A stretch of 64,000 bases of DNA, taken from Cyanophora paradoxa CCMP329. Lineage: Eukaryota; Plantae; Glaucophyta. Position numbers and translations under genes: made by a program. Of the stretch, positions 24,901 through 37,672 are shown piece by piece. The stretch lies in assembly GCA_004431415.1 (NCBI GenBank), contig QPMI01000263.1:48156-112155 (forward strand). Reading direction: 5' to 3'. The notes beneath the pieces were generated by a model, which was given only the letters and a program-made list of their open reading frames with translations, did no database searches and had not been told where the DNA came from. The stretch's first letter is position 1; each line of letters begins with the position of its first letter.

Positions 24901-27900
24901 TGCGCATCTGGGCGAAGGCGACGGAGGCGGCGGCGGCGGTGCGGGCGGCGTCGGCGTCGTAGCCGCCGGCGCAGAAGTCGCCGTCGGGGTCCTCGATGCC
25001 GAGCACGTCGGCCTCGACGGGGTCGAGCAGGCGGGGGAAGACGAAGCGGGGCACGCAGGTCGGCCGCAGCGCCACAACGAGCAGCGTCCCGCCCTCGTCG
25101 GCCGCCGCCAGGCAGTCCCCCCAGATCGCCTCCGGCCGCGACCCCAGCAGCGACGAGCCGGCCCCGGCCCCCGCCGAGGCGGCCGCCTGCGCGGGGGGCG
25201 ACGCCCGGGGCGCGCGCAGGAAGGGGTTGCCGGCGTGGGCCCCGCCTCGCCCTCGCCGGCGTCGCTGGAGCCCGAGGCGGGGGCGAGGGGGCGGGCTTGG
25301 GGGGAGGAGCGGGGGCGGGAGGAGGAGGGTAATGGGGGAGCACTGGCGGGCGACGCGGCAGATGAGGGAGCCCTGGAGGAGGTCCCAGACGCGCAGCTCG
25401 CCCGCGCGTCACCCGAGACCAGCTTCGGGGCCCCCACCGAGAGCACCGCCAGCAGGCACGTCACCCGCGCCTGCGCCCCGCCCCCTCAGCCCCGCGACGG
25501 CCGGGGCGGGGGCGGGGCGGGCGGGGCGGCGCCTGGTGCCCGCGGAGCTCGCGCCACTCGCAGCCGGGGGTGCCGGAGGCAGGCGGGGCGGGGGCCTGGG
25601 GCACGACCAGCACGGGGCCGTCCTCCAGGCCCAGGATGACGAGGAGCGTCATGCTCCCCGCCGCCCCGGGCACCGAGCGCGGCCACCCCGCCCCGCCCGC
25701 CTCCAGCGCCACGCTCGCCGCCGCCGTCACCCGCCGCCGGGGGGCGTGGGCGGGGCGAGGCGGCGCCCTCGCGGGGGCCTCCGGGGCGGCGGGTAGGGCC
25801 CAGGCGTCGGCGAGGGCGGCGGCGGCGCAGCGCTCGGCGCCGCGCGAGGCGAGGCCGCTCCAGAGGAGGACGCTCCCCGCCGCGCCGCCCGTGACGGCGA
25901 GCGCCCGCCCGCCGACGCGCACGGCGGCGAAGGCCTCGCCGCCCTCCGGGGCCGCGCCGGGGGCCTCGGGCGGGGCGAGCGAGAGGCCCGAGGCCGGGGA
26001 GGCGGAGCGCGCGGGGCGCCCGTCGCCGCCCCGCCGCACGCTCTTCACGTGGCCCGCCTCCGCCGAGCGGCCCTCGAAGCGCTCGCTGCCCGCCCCCGTC
26101 GGCCCCGGCCCGCCGGCGCGGGGCGGGCGGGGGCGGGGGGACCTGCGCCCGTCCTCCTCCTCGTCGTCCTCCTCCTCCTCCTCGGGCTCCTCGGCCTCCT
26201 CGGAGCCCTCGTCGATGTACCCTCGGGAGAGGGGCCGCGTCCCGCCCCGCCGCCCCAGCGGCGCGAAGGTCGCCCGCGGGGGCCGCCCCGGGGCCCGCCC
26301 AGCGCCCCTGCCCGCCCGCCTTGCCGGCCTTGCCGAGGGCCCCAGGGCGCTCAGCTTGAGGCCCTCGTACCTGCGGCGCCTCAGCCGGCGGGGCCCCGGC
26401 GGGGCGGGCCGGGCGGGGCGGACCAGCTCTTGCTCTGCTTCATGGCGCCGGGCTCGCTGGGGTGGAGGTCGGCGCTGGCAGCGCGGGAGCGCCCCGAGGC
26501 GTCGCCCATCATGCGGGCGAGCAGGTCGGTGCCGCCGGCGCCCCGCCCGCCTGCCGGTCCGGCGAGCGCCGCACCTCCCCGGGGCTCCGCGCCCCGAGCC
26601 GCTCGAGGAACTCCATCACGGGCGTCCCCGCCCGCTCCCGCCCCGCCCCTTCCCGACGACGACGGCCGCGGCGGCGACGGCCCCGGCAGCGGCGAGGGGC
26701 CGCCGCCGGTGCCGGCGGGGCGCCGAGGCGGGGCGGCGGGGCGGGGCCCGCTCCTGCAGGTCGAAGGCGGGGGTGGAGCGGGAGTGGTGGATGGGGGCGT
26801 CGGTGGGGGCGAGCGCCGCGGGGCGACCCGGGCCGAAGGAGGAGGGGGGGGCGGGCCGGGAGGTGAAGGCGCGGCAGCGGAGGAGCTGTGGGGGCCGGAA
26901 GGGCCCGAGGGCGTAGCGGTAGGCCTCGAGCGTGCCGTCCTGCCCGCAGAAGAGGAGGGTGCGCTGGGAGACGAAGCAGCCGGCGACCCAGGGGCTGGCG
27001 GCCGGGGCGCGGCGGGCGAGGGCGACGGCGTCGAGGTCGTGCCCGGCGAGCACGACGGCCGACGTCGCGCTCGTCAGCAGCAGCTGCCGCCCGTTCGGCC
27101 CGACCGCGATCGAGAGGACGCCCGGAAGGATGGCGCCCCGCGAGAAGTAGAGCGGCGGTGTGTCGCCGGCCTCCGAGGCCCGCCGCAGCGAGTGAGAGGA
27201 GGCATCCCCGCGCGTCGGCTCCTCCGCCGACCACGCCACCACCGACCCGTCCCGCAGCGCCGCCACCACCACGGCCCCTGCGCCCCCCGCCCTCGCACCC
27301 CGCGCCCCGGCCCCCGGCTGCGGCGGGCGGCGCACCGGGCGGGGAGCTCGGGTCGTGCGCGGAGGCGGCATGGAGCTGCGGCTGCACGGGCAGCAGCGCC
27401 TGTGGCGGCTCAGGCGCCGTCGCCGCCGGGTCGGCGACCAGCGCGAGGCCCACGACGTAGTCCGGTGCTCCGCGCAGCGCGCGCGAGGTCTGGGCCGCCG
27501 AGGGGTGGGCCCGGAGGCAGAGGGGCAGCGGGGGGCGCCCGTCGCGCACCTCCATGGTGAGGACGTCGACGATGTAGACGGCCGTTCCGCGGCCGCCGCA
27601 CGCAACGTAGCGCCCGCCAGGGAGCGCCGTCATGCACGTAACGGTCATGCCGCCGACGGAGGAGGGCAGCGAGGTGCCGAGGCAGAGCCCGTCGGCCGCA
27701 TCCCACACGCACATCGACCCGTCCTCGAAAGCTGCGCGAAATCGCCCGGCGCAGAACGACAGAGCGTGCGCGCGGCGCACCTGAGATCACGGCGGGGACG
27801 TTCCATTGATGTACGCAAGCTGCAAGGGCGGTGACAGTCGTCGAGTTGCCCGTGAGAAGAACACGGGGGCTGATGCAGTACTCGTCGCTTGATTGCGAGC

Positions 27901-28063
27901 TGTCTCCTTCGACGGCCCAGAGGCAGAGCTGTCCGGTCTTGGCTCCAGTGACGACCGTGCCGACCCTGTTCGCCGGGCTGCCCTTTGCTGCGGCAACGAA
28001 ACAAATGGCCGAAACTGCATGTATCGGCGGATGATCGTCCCAAAATGCCACGGGGAGATGCAT
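21956..28063 (-). CDS. WDR7: WD40-repeat protein of the WDR7/WDR72 family (rabconnectin-3 beta)
   Basis: N-terminus LPVAFWDDHPPIHAVSAI...VVTGAKTGQLCLW...SPRVLLTGNSTTVTAL. Other exons give DGSMCVWDAADGLCL, DGSVYVWQ, CLDPSVPELRESCL, LAVGTMEGPIVIYDLRT and LEGHGGPITALALSPSGSTLASFS. The order matches WDR7 architecture. Confidence 0.85.
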
Positions 28064-28404
28064 CGCGCCCAGCGAGTTGCTTCTCCCCTTCTACCCCCGC
28101 AGAGGAGCGACCCCGACTGGCATGAGGAGCGATCGAATTCGAAGCTTGGAGTTTTGATCATGAACTCGAATCCGAATTCGAAAGCGCACAGTTGAGCAAG
28201 CTTAAGTGCGAGCGGCCGGGCGCGCGCGCGCGCGCTCAAGTCGGCGTCCGCGGCTCGCCGCGGCGCCGCGACTCGGCCTTCAGGCTTCAGGCTTCACTCA
28301 GTGACTTGCCAAGTTGAGTTCGAAAGTCATGATCAATATAATCGAAATTAGAGTTTGCTTGCATTGCAGCACAGGAAAGAAATCAGGGGAACCGGGGGAA
28401 GTCG

Positions 28405-30647
28405 CTAGACGACGGCGATGAGATCGACGTCGGCGGCCCAGGCGGGGAGGTCGGCGGCGGCAGCGGCGAGGGCGGCGCCGGGGCCGGCCTCGTGAAAGAG
28501 GGCCTCGTCCTCGTCCTCGGCGCACGCCGGTGCCTCCTCCTCCGCCGGCTCAAGCGCCTGCGTCGCCTCGTCCAGCAGCAGCAGCCCGAGCCCCGCCCCC
28601 GCCGCCGCGAGCTCCGCCTCCGCGTAGCTCTCATCATACGGCGTCTGCGGCAGCGTGCTCGAGTTGCCGCTGCCCTCGCCCGTCGAGGCGCTCCCGTCGT
28701 TGTACAGCTGGAAGCCGCCCTCGGGCAGCGTCGCGTTGCCGCTGCCCGGCGTCTCCGAGCCCCCCTCGCCCTCCCCGGACTGAGCGAGGAAGCTGTATGG
28801 CGTGATCTCCGGCAGGCTGGCCGTGTTCTCCTCTCCGCCCCCGCTCTCCTCACCGCTGCTCTCCTCGGCCGCCGAGCTGCCCGGCGACACGCCTTGGCTG
28901 GCGGGGGCGGCGTGGGGCGGGTTGGTGGGAGGGGCGGGGGGCTGGTAGGGCGGGGCGTCGACGACGGTGCCGGGCTGGGGCCCGATGGCGAGGAGGCGGC
29001 CGTCGTACTCGAGGACGCCGCCCTGCTGGAGGAAGGCGGTGCTCCCCGGCGGCAGCAGCAGCGTCTCCCCCCTGTACACCACCTCCTCCGCCTTCACCGT
29101 CGGCCGCGCCGCCTGCACCGGTGGCGCGCACGTCTGCTGCGGCCGCGGCCCCTCCCCGACGGACGGCGGCAGCTGGGGGTCAAACGTCGGCGGCGGCTCC
29201 TCGTCCGGCGGGTTGAAGGGCAGGTCGATCTCGCGCGGAACATACTCCACCACCTCCTCGTCGTCCTCGCCGGGCGGAGGCGGCGGTTCGTATGGCAGCG
29301 GGGGCGGCTCGTAGGGCGGGGGCGACGGCTCATATGGCGGAGGGGAGGGCTCGTAGGGCGGGGGCAGGGGCTCGTAGGGCGGGGGCGGGGGCTCGAGGGG
29401 TGGCGGGGAAGGGGCAGGGCCGTCGGGGTCGCCCGGGCAGAGGTCGGAGACGCGGTCGGCGGCGTGGGCGGCGGCGGCGACGATGGCGGCGCGGTCCTCG
29501 GCCTCGTGGAGCTGGGCGGCGGCGCGGGCCGCCTCGACCTCCGCCTTGACCCGCGCGAACATCGCCGGCAGCTCCTCGGGCAGGGGCACGCCGAGCTCGC
29601 CGGCGCGCGCAGCGAGCGCCTCCGTCGCCGCCCGCACCTCCTCGTCGTGCCGCGCGACCGTCCCCTCGATCCCCGCCCGCTCCCCGCGAGGCGCTCCAGC
29701 CGCCCCTCGAGCTCCGCCGCGCGCGCCTCGGCGCGCTGCAGGCGCGGCTCGTCGCGCTCGCCCTCGGGGCGGGCGGCCTCCTCGGCGGCGAGGGCGCGGG
29801 CCTCGTGGGCGGCGGCGGCGACGCGGGCGTGGGCGGCGGCGAGCTCGTCGGCGCGGGCGCCGCGCTCGAAGACGTCGCGGAGCTCCTTCTCGAGGGTCCC
29901 CGCGAGGGCGGCCAGCAGCCCCGCGGGCGAGTCCTCGGGGGGGCCCTCCTCGGCCTCCGCGTACCGGACCGCCCCGGGGCGCGCCTCGTCCTGCGGCGCC
30001 GGCAGGTACCGCCCGTGCTGCAGCGCGCACTTGCCCACCGCGAAGACCTCCGGCACCTGCCGCGGCGCCCGTCAGCCCGAGCGCTCGGGCGGGGCGTGGT
30101 GCGGCGCGCCTTGTCGGCGCAGCGGATGTCGGGGGAGTGGAGCTCGCCGACGAAGGCGGCGCGGTCCGCGGGGTCGAGGGGGCAGGGCTCGTTGGGGGCG
30201 ACCTTGAGGAGGGGGCACTTCTGGAAGCGCACGCGGAGCAGCGGCTCGAGCTCGACGACCCCTGCCGGCTTGTACTGCTCCTCCTCCTGCTCCACCACCT
30301 CCTCGTGGATCGTCACCTGCGCGCCCCCCGCTCGCCCCGCGCCCCGCCCGCCCCCCGGCGGGGCCCGGCGGGACCTTGCGCGGCTCGAAGTTGTCGGGCG
30401 AGGCGCGCTCCCAGGGGCCCCTCCACACAACCTCGTACCTCCTCTCCCCGACCGCCCCCTGCGCGGCACCCTCGCCCAGCGTTCGCCCCCGCGCCCCGGC
30501 GGCAGGGCGGGGCCGGCAGGTCCCCACCTCGCCGTCCGTGTGCTCCTCCTTAGTCTCCTCGCCCTCCTGCCGGTCGTCGTTGTGCTGCCGGATGTACGCT
30601 GCGCGGAGCGTTGGACCAGCTGCGGCCACGGGCGGGGGAGGCATCAC
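28405..30647 (-). CDS. Hypothetical protein with coiled coil, proline-rich PPPYEP repeats and acidic C-terminus
   Basis: Coding-like exons with host-type introns. The long last exon ends at TAG 28405. A frame change near 29670-29690 is either an indel or an unrecognised intron. Confidence 0.6.
29282..29400 (-). repeat. Coding 21-bp tandem repeat, ~6 copies of a (P)PPYEPx heptad
   Basis: Translation: PPPLEPPPPPYEPLPPPYEPSPPPYEPSPPPYEPPPLPYEPPPP. Confidence 0.85.
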
Positions 30648-30741
30648 TCACTGTTGATCTGGCCGAGCTCGGCACCGGGCTGAATGCTGCGCGGCCCGCG
30701 TCTCAGCGCGCGCTCGATGGCGGCCCGCGCAAGGCGACGCA

Positions 30742-32449
30742 CTAGTAACCGGTGATGTCCGCCTGGTCAGTCTGCTCGTACGTGCCCTTGCCGTACTCGA
30801 TACCGTCCTGCGTCCACTCCTTGGTGCACTCCTTGGAGATCGGCTGCTTCCACTTGAGGGTGTGCTTCTCGTCGTACTTCAGCTCGAAGTCCTGCGGCGC
30901 CACGGCGTCAGACGGGCTGGCGGCGGGGGCGACCGGCAGCGCAAACGGACCTGCTTGGCGATGGTCTGGACCTCGCAGGCCGTGATGTCCTCGGTCTTGA
31001 CGACGTTGAAGTTGACGTCCGCCTTGAACAGCGACTCGATGCCGATGTTCTTGGCAGCCATCGCCTTCAGGAGGCCCTTCGGGAGCGTGTTCTGGCACTG
31101 CGCATCGGATCCGCGTCAGGAATTGCCGCAGGGGGCCGAATCGCCGTCGCCCGCACCAGGCGCGGGATGCTGTCGTCGACGTGGAGCTTGTACTGCTTGA
31201 AGTCCTTGTGCTCCACCTCCTGCAGCGAGTTGACCTTCAGCTCGACGTTCTCGATCACGAGGTTGTCGCAGGTCTTCTCCTCAGTGTACTCCTTCGGCCC
31301 CTTGTCTGCACATGAAGCGCGCTCAGCGAGGGGCCGCGAGCCTCGGTGAAACAGAGCGGCGCCGCACCCTTCATCCCGCAGGTCGCGGTGCCGCACTTGC
31401 CGACCATGGGGCCCGTCGGCTTGAAGTCCTGGGTGTCCCACTGCGCCCCGCCGCCCCCGGCCCCGTCGGCGACGCCCGCGGCCCTCGGGGGGGGGACACG
31501 GCCACGCACGTCCCAGGTGGTGGCGCCGGGCTGCCCGGGGATGACCTGGCCGTCGATGATCTGCTTCTCGCCATAGACGACCTTGTCGACCTTGACCTGC
31601 TGCTTCGTCTCCAGGTGCCCTGCGCGGCACCGTCGGCCGCGACCGGCGCGCGCCGGGCGTGGGGAGACGGCGCACCCAGCTCGGTGACCGGGGTGAAGAT
31701 GTCGTCGTGGCCCGTGCGCTCGTACGGCTGCGTGATCCTGCGCGGCGGTCAGGCTGCACAGCAGGCAGCGGGCGGAGCGTCTGCCGCGCACTTCCAGGTG
31801 CCTGGGGGCGGGCGGGGCGTCACGGAAGGTGTGAAATGGGGGCAGGCGGGGCTCACCATCGCGCTCGATGTCGGCCCGGTACGAGGCCTCCCCCGAGATC
31901 CGTATCTTGGCGTTCCCCACGACCTCGCCCACGACTGGCCGCCCCGCGTCAGCGCGCCCCGCTCGCACGGCGCGTTCGAGAGTGCGCACGCTTGAAGGGC
32001 CGGACGTAGTCCACGCTCTTCACGTGGAACCCGTCCTGCGGCACCGCGCACTGCTCCTGCGGCGAGTGCCCGCTGTATCCTGCGGGGGCCACGGCATCAA
32101 CAGCGCCCGATTGCCCTGGCTGACATTAGGGTCAAGAGCGAACCGGCGACAATCCGCTGCACAACCTCGAACGTCTGATGAGCAGCGTGGGTGTCGGCAC
32201 GGAAAGCGACATCGACGCGCCCGGCGGGCGCACGGCCTGTTCATCGTCATAGGTAGCGTATGCCTGCTGTTGAGAGAGCAGGGTTGCTTCGCTCTCGTCG
32301 TCGGCAGGCCCGAAGCCAGGGAGGTCCAGCGTAACGCCGGTGCTCTCGCTGGGATCCCCGAGCGGCCCGGGCTGTGGCAGCACGGGCGGTTGCCCCGACA
32401 CGTGCTTGATCTCTCCGAGGCCGGACATGCTCGCCTCGTCCGGAACCAT
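30742..32449 (-). CDS. Hypothetical beta-strand-rich, Lys/Thr/Glu-rich protein (~12 exons, start uncertain)
   Basis: Strong GC3 codon bias. Exons splice in frame (DGFHVKSVDYVRPFK...ITQPYERTGHDDIF...DFELKYDEKHTLKWK...DITGY*). No family recognised. Confidence 0.65.
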
Positions 32450-33103
32450 CGCGCCGACGCGTCAACGCCGGCACGACGCCACCGGCCGGTGGGCGCTGCG
32501 GGCTCGGGCTGCGCCGCCTAGCGCCTGCGCGCTACGTTGTGGTCACTCACACGCAGCTCAGCCAGCTCGAGCTCGAGAACCGGCCGCGGCCTGAGAGCTA
32601 GCAGCTAGGAGCTCTTGGTGGAAAAAAGGATGGGGCGCCAGGCCCGCCGGGTACCGATACCGTGCGACTTTCGGCGCTGTTGGTGCTTTCGGCGCAGCCC
32701 CCCGCCCGGGCCCCCACCCCCCCCCCCGCATGTGTTCCGCGCGCCGGGTGTCCTGTTTGGAACTTTTAGTGTTCGGAGGTTTTTTACTGGTGATGACGTT
32801 CACCAGATTTTGCTCTACCCAGAGCGGGAGCACTCTGCTCCGAGTAACAGTAGTACAATGAACTATAGTACCTTTTCACCACACTACCAGGCCAGGCTGG
32901 GATTTTGAAACTAGGATATTCTAACTTACCTTTTGCTGCCGAATTTGACGTTTGTGACCTGGAAACTATGGCCGGTCTGAGCTTGGGGAAGCAAAAAAAT
33001 GCCACTGGAAACATCGACCAATGGTGTATTTGTCTCTTTCATTTGTTGAGTAGGAAAAAAACAAGCGGTTTCAGTCTGGGTAGTACTATGGTTTAGTGTA
33101 CCC

Positions 33104-33206
33104 ATGGGACCCTTTCGCTGGCAGAAAATGCCATGGGACCCGTTCGCTGGCAGGAAATGCCAATCGTTTACAACAGTATGGGACCCTCTCGCTGGCAGAA
33201 AATGCC
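33104..33206 (+). repeat. Three 29-bp direct repeats, consensus ATGGGACCCNNTCGCTGGCAGRAAATGCC
   Basis: Copies at 33104-33132, 33133-33161 and 33178-33206. Confidence 0.9.
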
Positions 33207-33437
33207 AATATATTACTACAGCGAGTTCAGTCAAAAAGCTTCAGTCTGAAACTCGGGAGATTTGGCGATTGGTTAAATTACCTTCATGGATCTTTCAAAT
33301 TAGCAAAAAATGGTGATCCAATTGAAAGTTATTAAGCAATTAAGTTTTGAACAGGTATTAGTATAATAATGACTCATATTTTATAAAAGAATACAAGACT
33401 CTGTTATTGTTATGTAAAATACAAGTTATTGTTATGT

Positions 33438-33907
33438 AATTTTAGGGGTACAAACATGCACATGTGACAAAATCTGTAGATATAATTAACTGTTGGTTCT
33501 GCAGAAGTAAAATATCGTATTACTGTTGGTTTATTAGACGAAGTATAGTTTGCCATCAGAATAAAATGATAAAAACAACGTAATTATTACAACAATCCTA
33601 TGAAAAAAATGACATCAATAAGATACTGTACACGTGTCAAATAAAAGAATCGTTATGTAATATATTCGGAAAAGTACAAAAATAAAAAAATGTGTACATG
33701 TGACACAATTTTAGGGGTACAAACATGCACATGTGACAAAATCTGTAATTATAATTAACTTTTGGTTCTGCAGAAGTAAAACATCGTATTACTGTTGGTT
33801 TATTACAAGAAATATAGTTTGCCATCAGAATAAAATGATAAAAACAAAGTAATTATTATACAAATCCTACGAAAAAAAGACAACAATAAGATACTGTACA
33901 TGTGTCA
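33438..33907 (+). repeat. Diverged ~200-bp direct duplication (period 269 bp) in the element's 5' non-coding region
   Basis: AATTTTAGGGGTACAAACATGCACATGTGACAAAATCTGTA...AATAAGATACTGTACA begins at both 33438 and 33707. Confidence 0.9.
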
Positions 33908-34063
33908 CAATGTGAGGGGTATATGTTTTGCATGTGACAGAATCTAGCCAAGAGACAACAGCAGCACAGCAACAGGTCAGTAGCAGCAGCAGTACCAGCA
34001 GAAAGCATCTTTCCAGCAGCCTAGGTTGTGCTTCTTCTTAGCTGCAGCCAGGGCACCATCTAC

Positions 34064-37000
34064 ATGGCAAAGGCTAGTAGCAAGAGGAAGCAAACAGTTA
34101 ATCCAGCAGCTGGTGATCCTGAAGAAGCTGTGGATCAAGAAGAGAAATCAGCAAAGCAAGACAAGAAGGAAGCTTCAAACTGCCCTGCTGGAATGGTGAA
34201 TATGGGTATCTTGTGCGCACAGCGCATGCGTACTCATGTGCTCAACCGCAGGTTCAGGCGCGAGTAGCCGAATCTGTGCAGACCATGCCAGAGGTAAGTT
34301 TTTTTTTAAAAAAAAGAAGAAAAAAAAGCACATTACAACTTCTGCATTACAGGTCGTGCCTGAAACTCAGACCTCAACAGCTTTTGCAAGCACAAAAAGC
34401 CCAATTTTGGTGAGTGCTTAAAAACAGATTACATCTATGTCCAGTATAGGTTTCTATTTGTGAGAACAATTTCACGGCTGCATTGCGTGTATAGTCTTAT
34501 GCTTTCCAATGCAGGAGAATCCTGGAGTTTCCAATGGATTGTCGAATGTGACAAGTTTGAACACACTTCCAGTATGTGCTTAATTGTGTAATGCCGGAAT
34601 GCAATCTATAATTGAAAACAATCGCTTTCTGTCACTGTGCTGATTGCATAATGCACAGAAGTCATCCTCCCCGGCAACCACTACACCGGTCTACAATAAT
34701 GTGAGTCTGTTTATATCTACATTACCGTCTACCAATGTACATCCAATAAATGACACTTCCATTTTACTTACATAATAAGGAATAGAGCAAACGAAGGAAT
34801 GAAACTATCTGCATTGTTTGGGTCGACTATATGTACACAATAAGCATAACTGAACAAATCAGACTTAAATTACATAAGCAACATTTTCAGTGCCGCGCCA
34901 ATAGACTGACTTTATACTTGATTAGGTTCCTGAATACGTGACTACAGCTTCGATGAGATGTCAAATTTGCAATTTTCAAACCAACAGCTTGGAGGTGTTT
35001 CGTGGACATATTTGCAATGGAGCACCAAAGGTAAAAAAACAGACAATTGTCTTCCATATCTTCCAGTATTTTTTCAACAACTCTGTATTACAGATGCAGA
35101 CATGCCTATTATGCTGTAACGTTTTCCCTTCGCAAGAGGTACTTCAACATCACTTGATCACTTGCAACGGTCCCCTACCAGCATCAGGAATCCAAATGGG
35201 TACGCATGTACTGTAAGTCTACAAATAGCCTACATTTAATATACAAACAGGGTCAATGCAACCATTCCCATTTTCATCTGCATCAATTGGAGGCATATCA
35301 GGAGGTTCATTATTGTGATGATAGAATACTGTATTGTAGACTAAATTGACGCACTACTCAGTAAATCAGCAACTTTTTCGTCGTGAATTGTTGCCCCAGA
35401 ATTCGCCTTCGATTTTCAATACTGCATTCCAAGGTGTTTGTCTTTCAAGTACCTATTCCACTTGACATTAACATCAAAAATGTTTAGGAACTCCTCCTTT
35501 ACTACAATTCAACATGTCATCGAAAACTTTACAATCATCTTCCTTTCCGCTACATTCTTCTATGTCATCGCCTGTTCTATCAAGCCCATTGAACCCTTCA
35601 TCTTCTTCAAGTGGTGGTATATATTGAATTCCAGCTTCCTATTGTACAATACTATAATTCACAATTACCTATCAGGTACAATGTTCAACACACCACCACC
35701 AAGTGTTTCGCCAATATCTTCAGGACCTGTTCATTTGCCGTCTTCTGTTAAAAAGAGCCTGAACTTTCAAGATCAAAGCGGATTACCTGTAATACCTTTG
35801 TTGCCAACAAAGTCCAGCCCTACTATAGTGCGTTATATTGCTATTGAATGCATTTCTTTACTTCATCATAACGATGTTATGAAAAGGGCAACAACGCCTC
35901 GACCATGGATTCTCTACTGGCATCTGCCAAGGAGGTATGTGTCAGAATATTTTAAATTGATTCTTTACATTAATTGCAAGTTTCGTAGATTGCTTCAAAA
36001 TCGCCTCATAAACCTGTACAACTACCTCCGGTAGACAGTATTTTAACTATCTTTCATTGCAAATTTCTTCCTGATATACAATTCTAGAACTCTATTGCGA
36101 TCTATGATATTCCTGGCCAGCCGCCAACAATTATCAGCCGTGACGTGCTACAGAACTTGCAGACGCTCGCATCTGATGAAGAGTACCTGCGGTCTGTTAC
36201 GCGGTTGCTAAACTACCCGTATTCCAAACAGACCAATCTCACTGTACACGAAAAACCTGCCAACCCATGGTGGGAAAAAGAATTATGTCAGAACACTTTT
36301 CCACGAGTTGCAGTTCAATTGCACGGTAAACTCTTTGTTTATTATATGCAATTCAATTAATCACATGAACTGTTTCCCTTTTATACAGATGACAGCCAAA
36401 CTCTATTTGTCGGTGGTCCATCCTTGTTATGTGGATGCTTGAAACTGTGTATTGTACGTGGCAGCAAATGGCTTGCTTGCGGCAACATAACTACTGCACC
36501 TCAATGTGAGAAAAATGGAGGGATGCGAAAAATTACGATTGTGGACTCTATGGTGAGAATAACCGTTATGACCTCTACCAAAACATAGACATACCATCTT
36601 TTGCAGACTCGTGACGTTGTTACAAGACAAGATTTACAGGTGTACTTTCCTAACAGTATCAGAAGCTTCCCAAATATTTCCTACTCTGTTTTCACAGTTT
36701 GTTATTTTTCTTTGCCCCTGCCATTCACGTGTATGTCATGCTGACTACTTCCAGTCTTTGCTACCAGACAATGATGACACTGTTCCTGCCGACAAGAAAT
36801 GGAGATTCCTCACAATTGTCTCTCCTTCACAAACCCAAAACATCAAGTCAACACAGCTCACCGAAGACATTGTTGGTGTCCAGGCAATCGGGCAGTCTTC
36901 CACTGTTCATGTACAGTCACCAATGTCACAACAAACAAGTACACCTGTACAGGTAACTGTAACAAAGACTGTATTACTCGTCATCAAATTAATTCAGCAA

Positions 37001-37672
37001 ACATAGAGTCCTATTTCATCACAGATTCTCCCCGGTGATGTTGACATGGTGCTGTAAATTAAAACTATCTAATCATCATTTCGCGTGTTCATATACCTTA
37101 TACAGGACCAGAACATGCTTTTCATTTATCAAGATCTTACAGATACAACTGTGCATTCGTATTTGATTACTGATCCTGTCATGGGTAATTCGTTTCAGTG
37201 TTCACCCCTAATGACGGCTTCTTGAATTTTTGGTTACACAGATGCTATGTTGAATGCTTCTTTTGGTTACACAAATACTCGAGCGGCATATATTGGAGAT
37301 GATATTCAGAAGTACTTGAAAACGGGCAAGCTGTTCCAATCAACAGACGTCGAGACTGCGAAAACCGTCTGTCTTTCTATAATCTCACTATGAACAGCAA
37401 CGAACATCTAATGCAATGAACAGCCATGCAAATGCATCTGTATACGGCCATTAATGCAGAAGAAGGATGCCGTATCTGTGTCTACTCCAGATGCAGAACA
37501 GGTAACAACAATATATCATCATTTCCAATTACCCAGTAACATATTGCAGATGTCCTATGCAATGAGCAAAATTGTGACAAAAGATGCTTCAATTTTACAA
37601 GGTTACCGATCATATATTTCTACAAGCTCTTCACTGGTGCGCATTGCAGATATTCTACGAGTTCAGTCGTGA
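34064..37672 (+). CDS. Element ORF1: >20 small exons, Ser/Pro-rich, with two CxxC...H..C zinc fingers
   Basis: ATG 34064 (MAKASSKRKQ). The frame stays open to TGA 37670-37672 when introns of mostly ~50-60 nt are removed. Fingers: CQICNFQTNSLEVFRGHIC and CLLCCNVFPSQEVLQHHLITC. Confidence 0.7.

Noticed and set aside
28130-28185. Clustered TCGAA/TTCGAA as heat-shock elements
   Set aside because: The spacing does not give a clean nGAAnnTTCn array, and similar clusters occur in several intergenic regions.
271-32500. Many long Arg/Pro/Gly/Ala-rich six-frame ORFs (up to ~800 aa)
   Set aside because: They are by-products of extreme GC content and stop-free introns; the real proteins appear only after splicing.
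33104-33206. 29-bp repeats as a CRISPR array
   Set aside because: Two copies are directly adjacent with no spacer, and the third follows after only 16 bp.
37670-37672. Alternative genetic code or selenocysteine at the TGA
   Set aside because: Host genes end in TGA normally, the element uses TGG for Trp, the position is not a catalytic Cys site, and no SECIS was evident.
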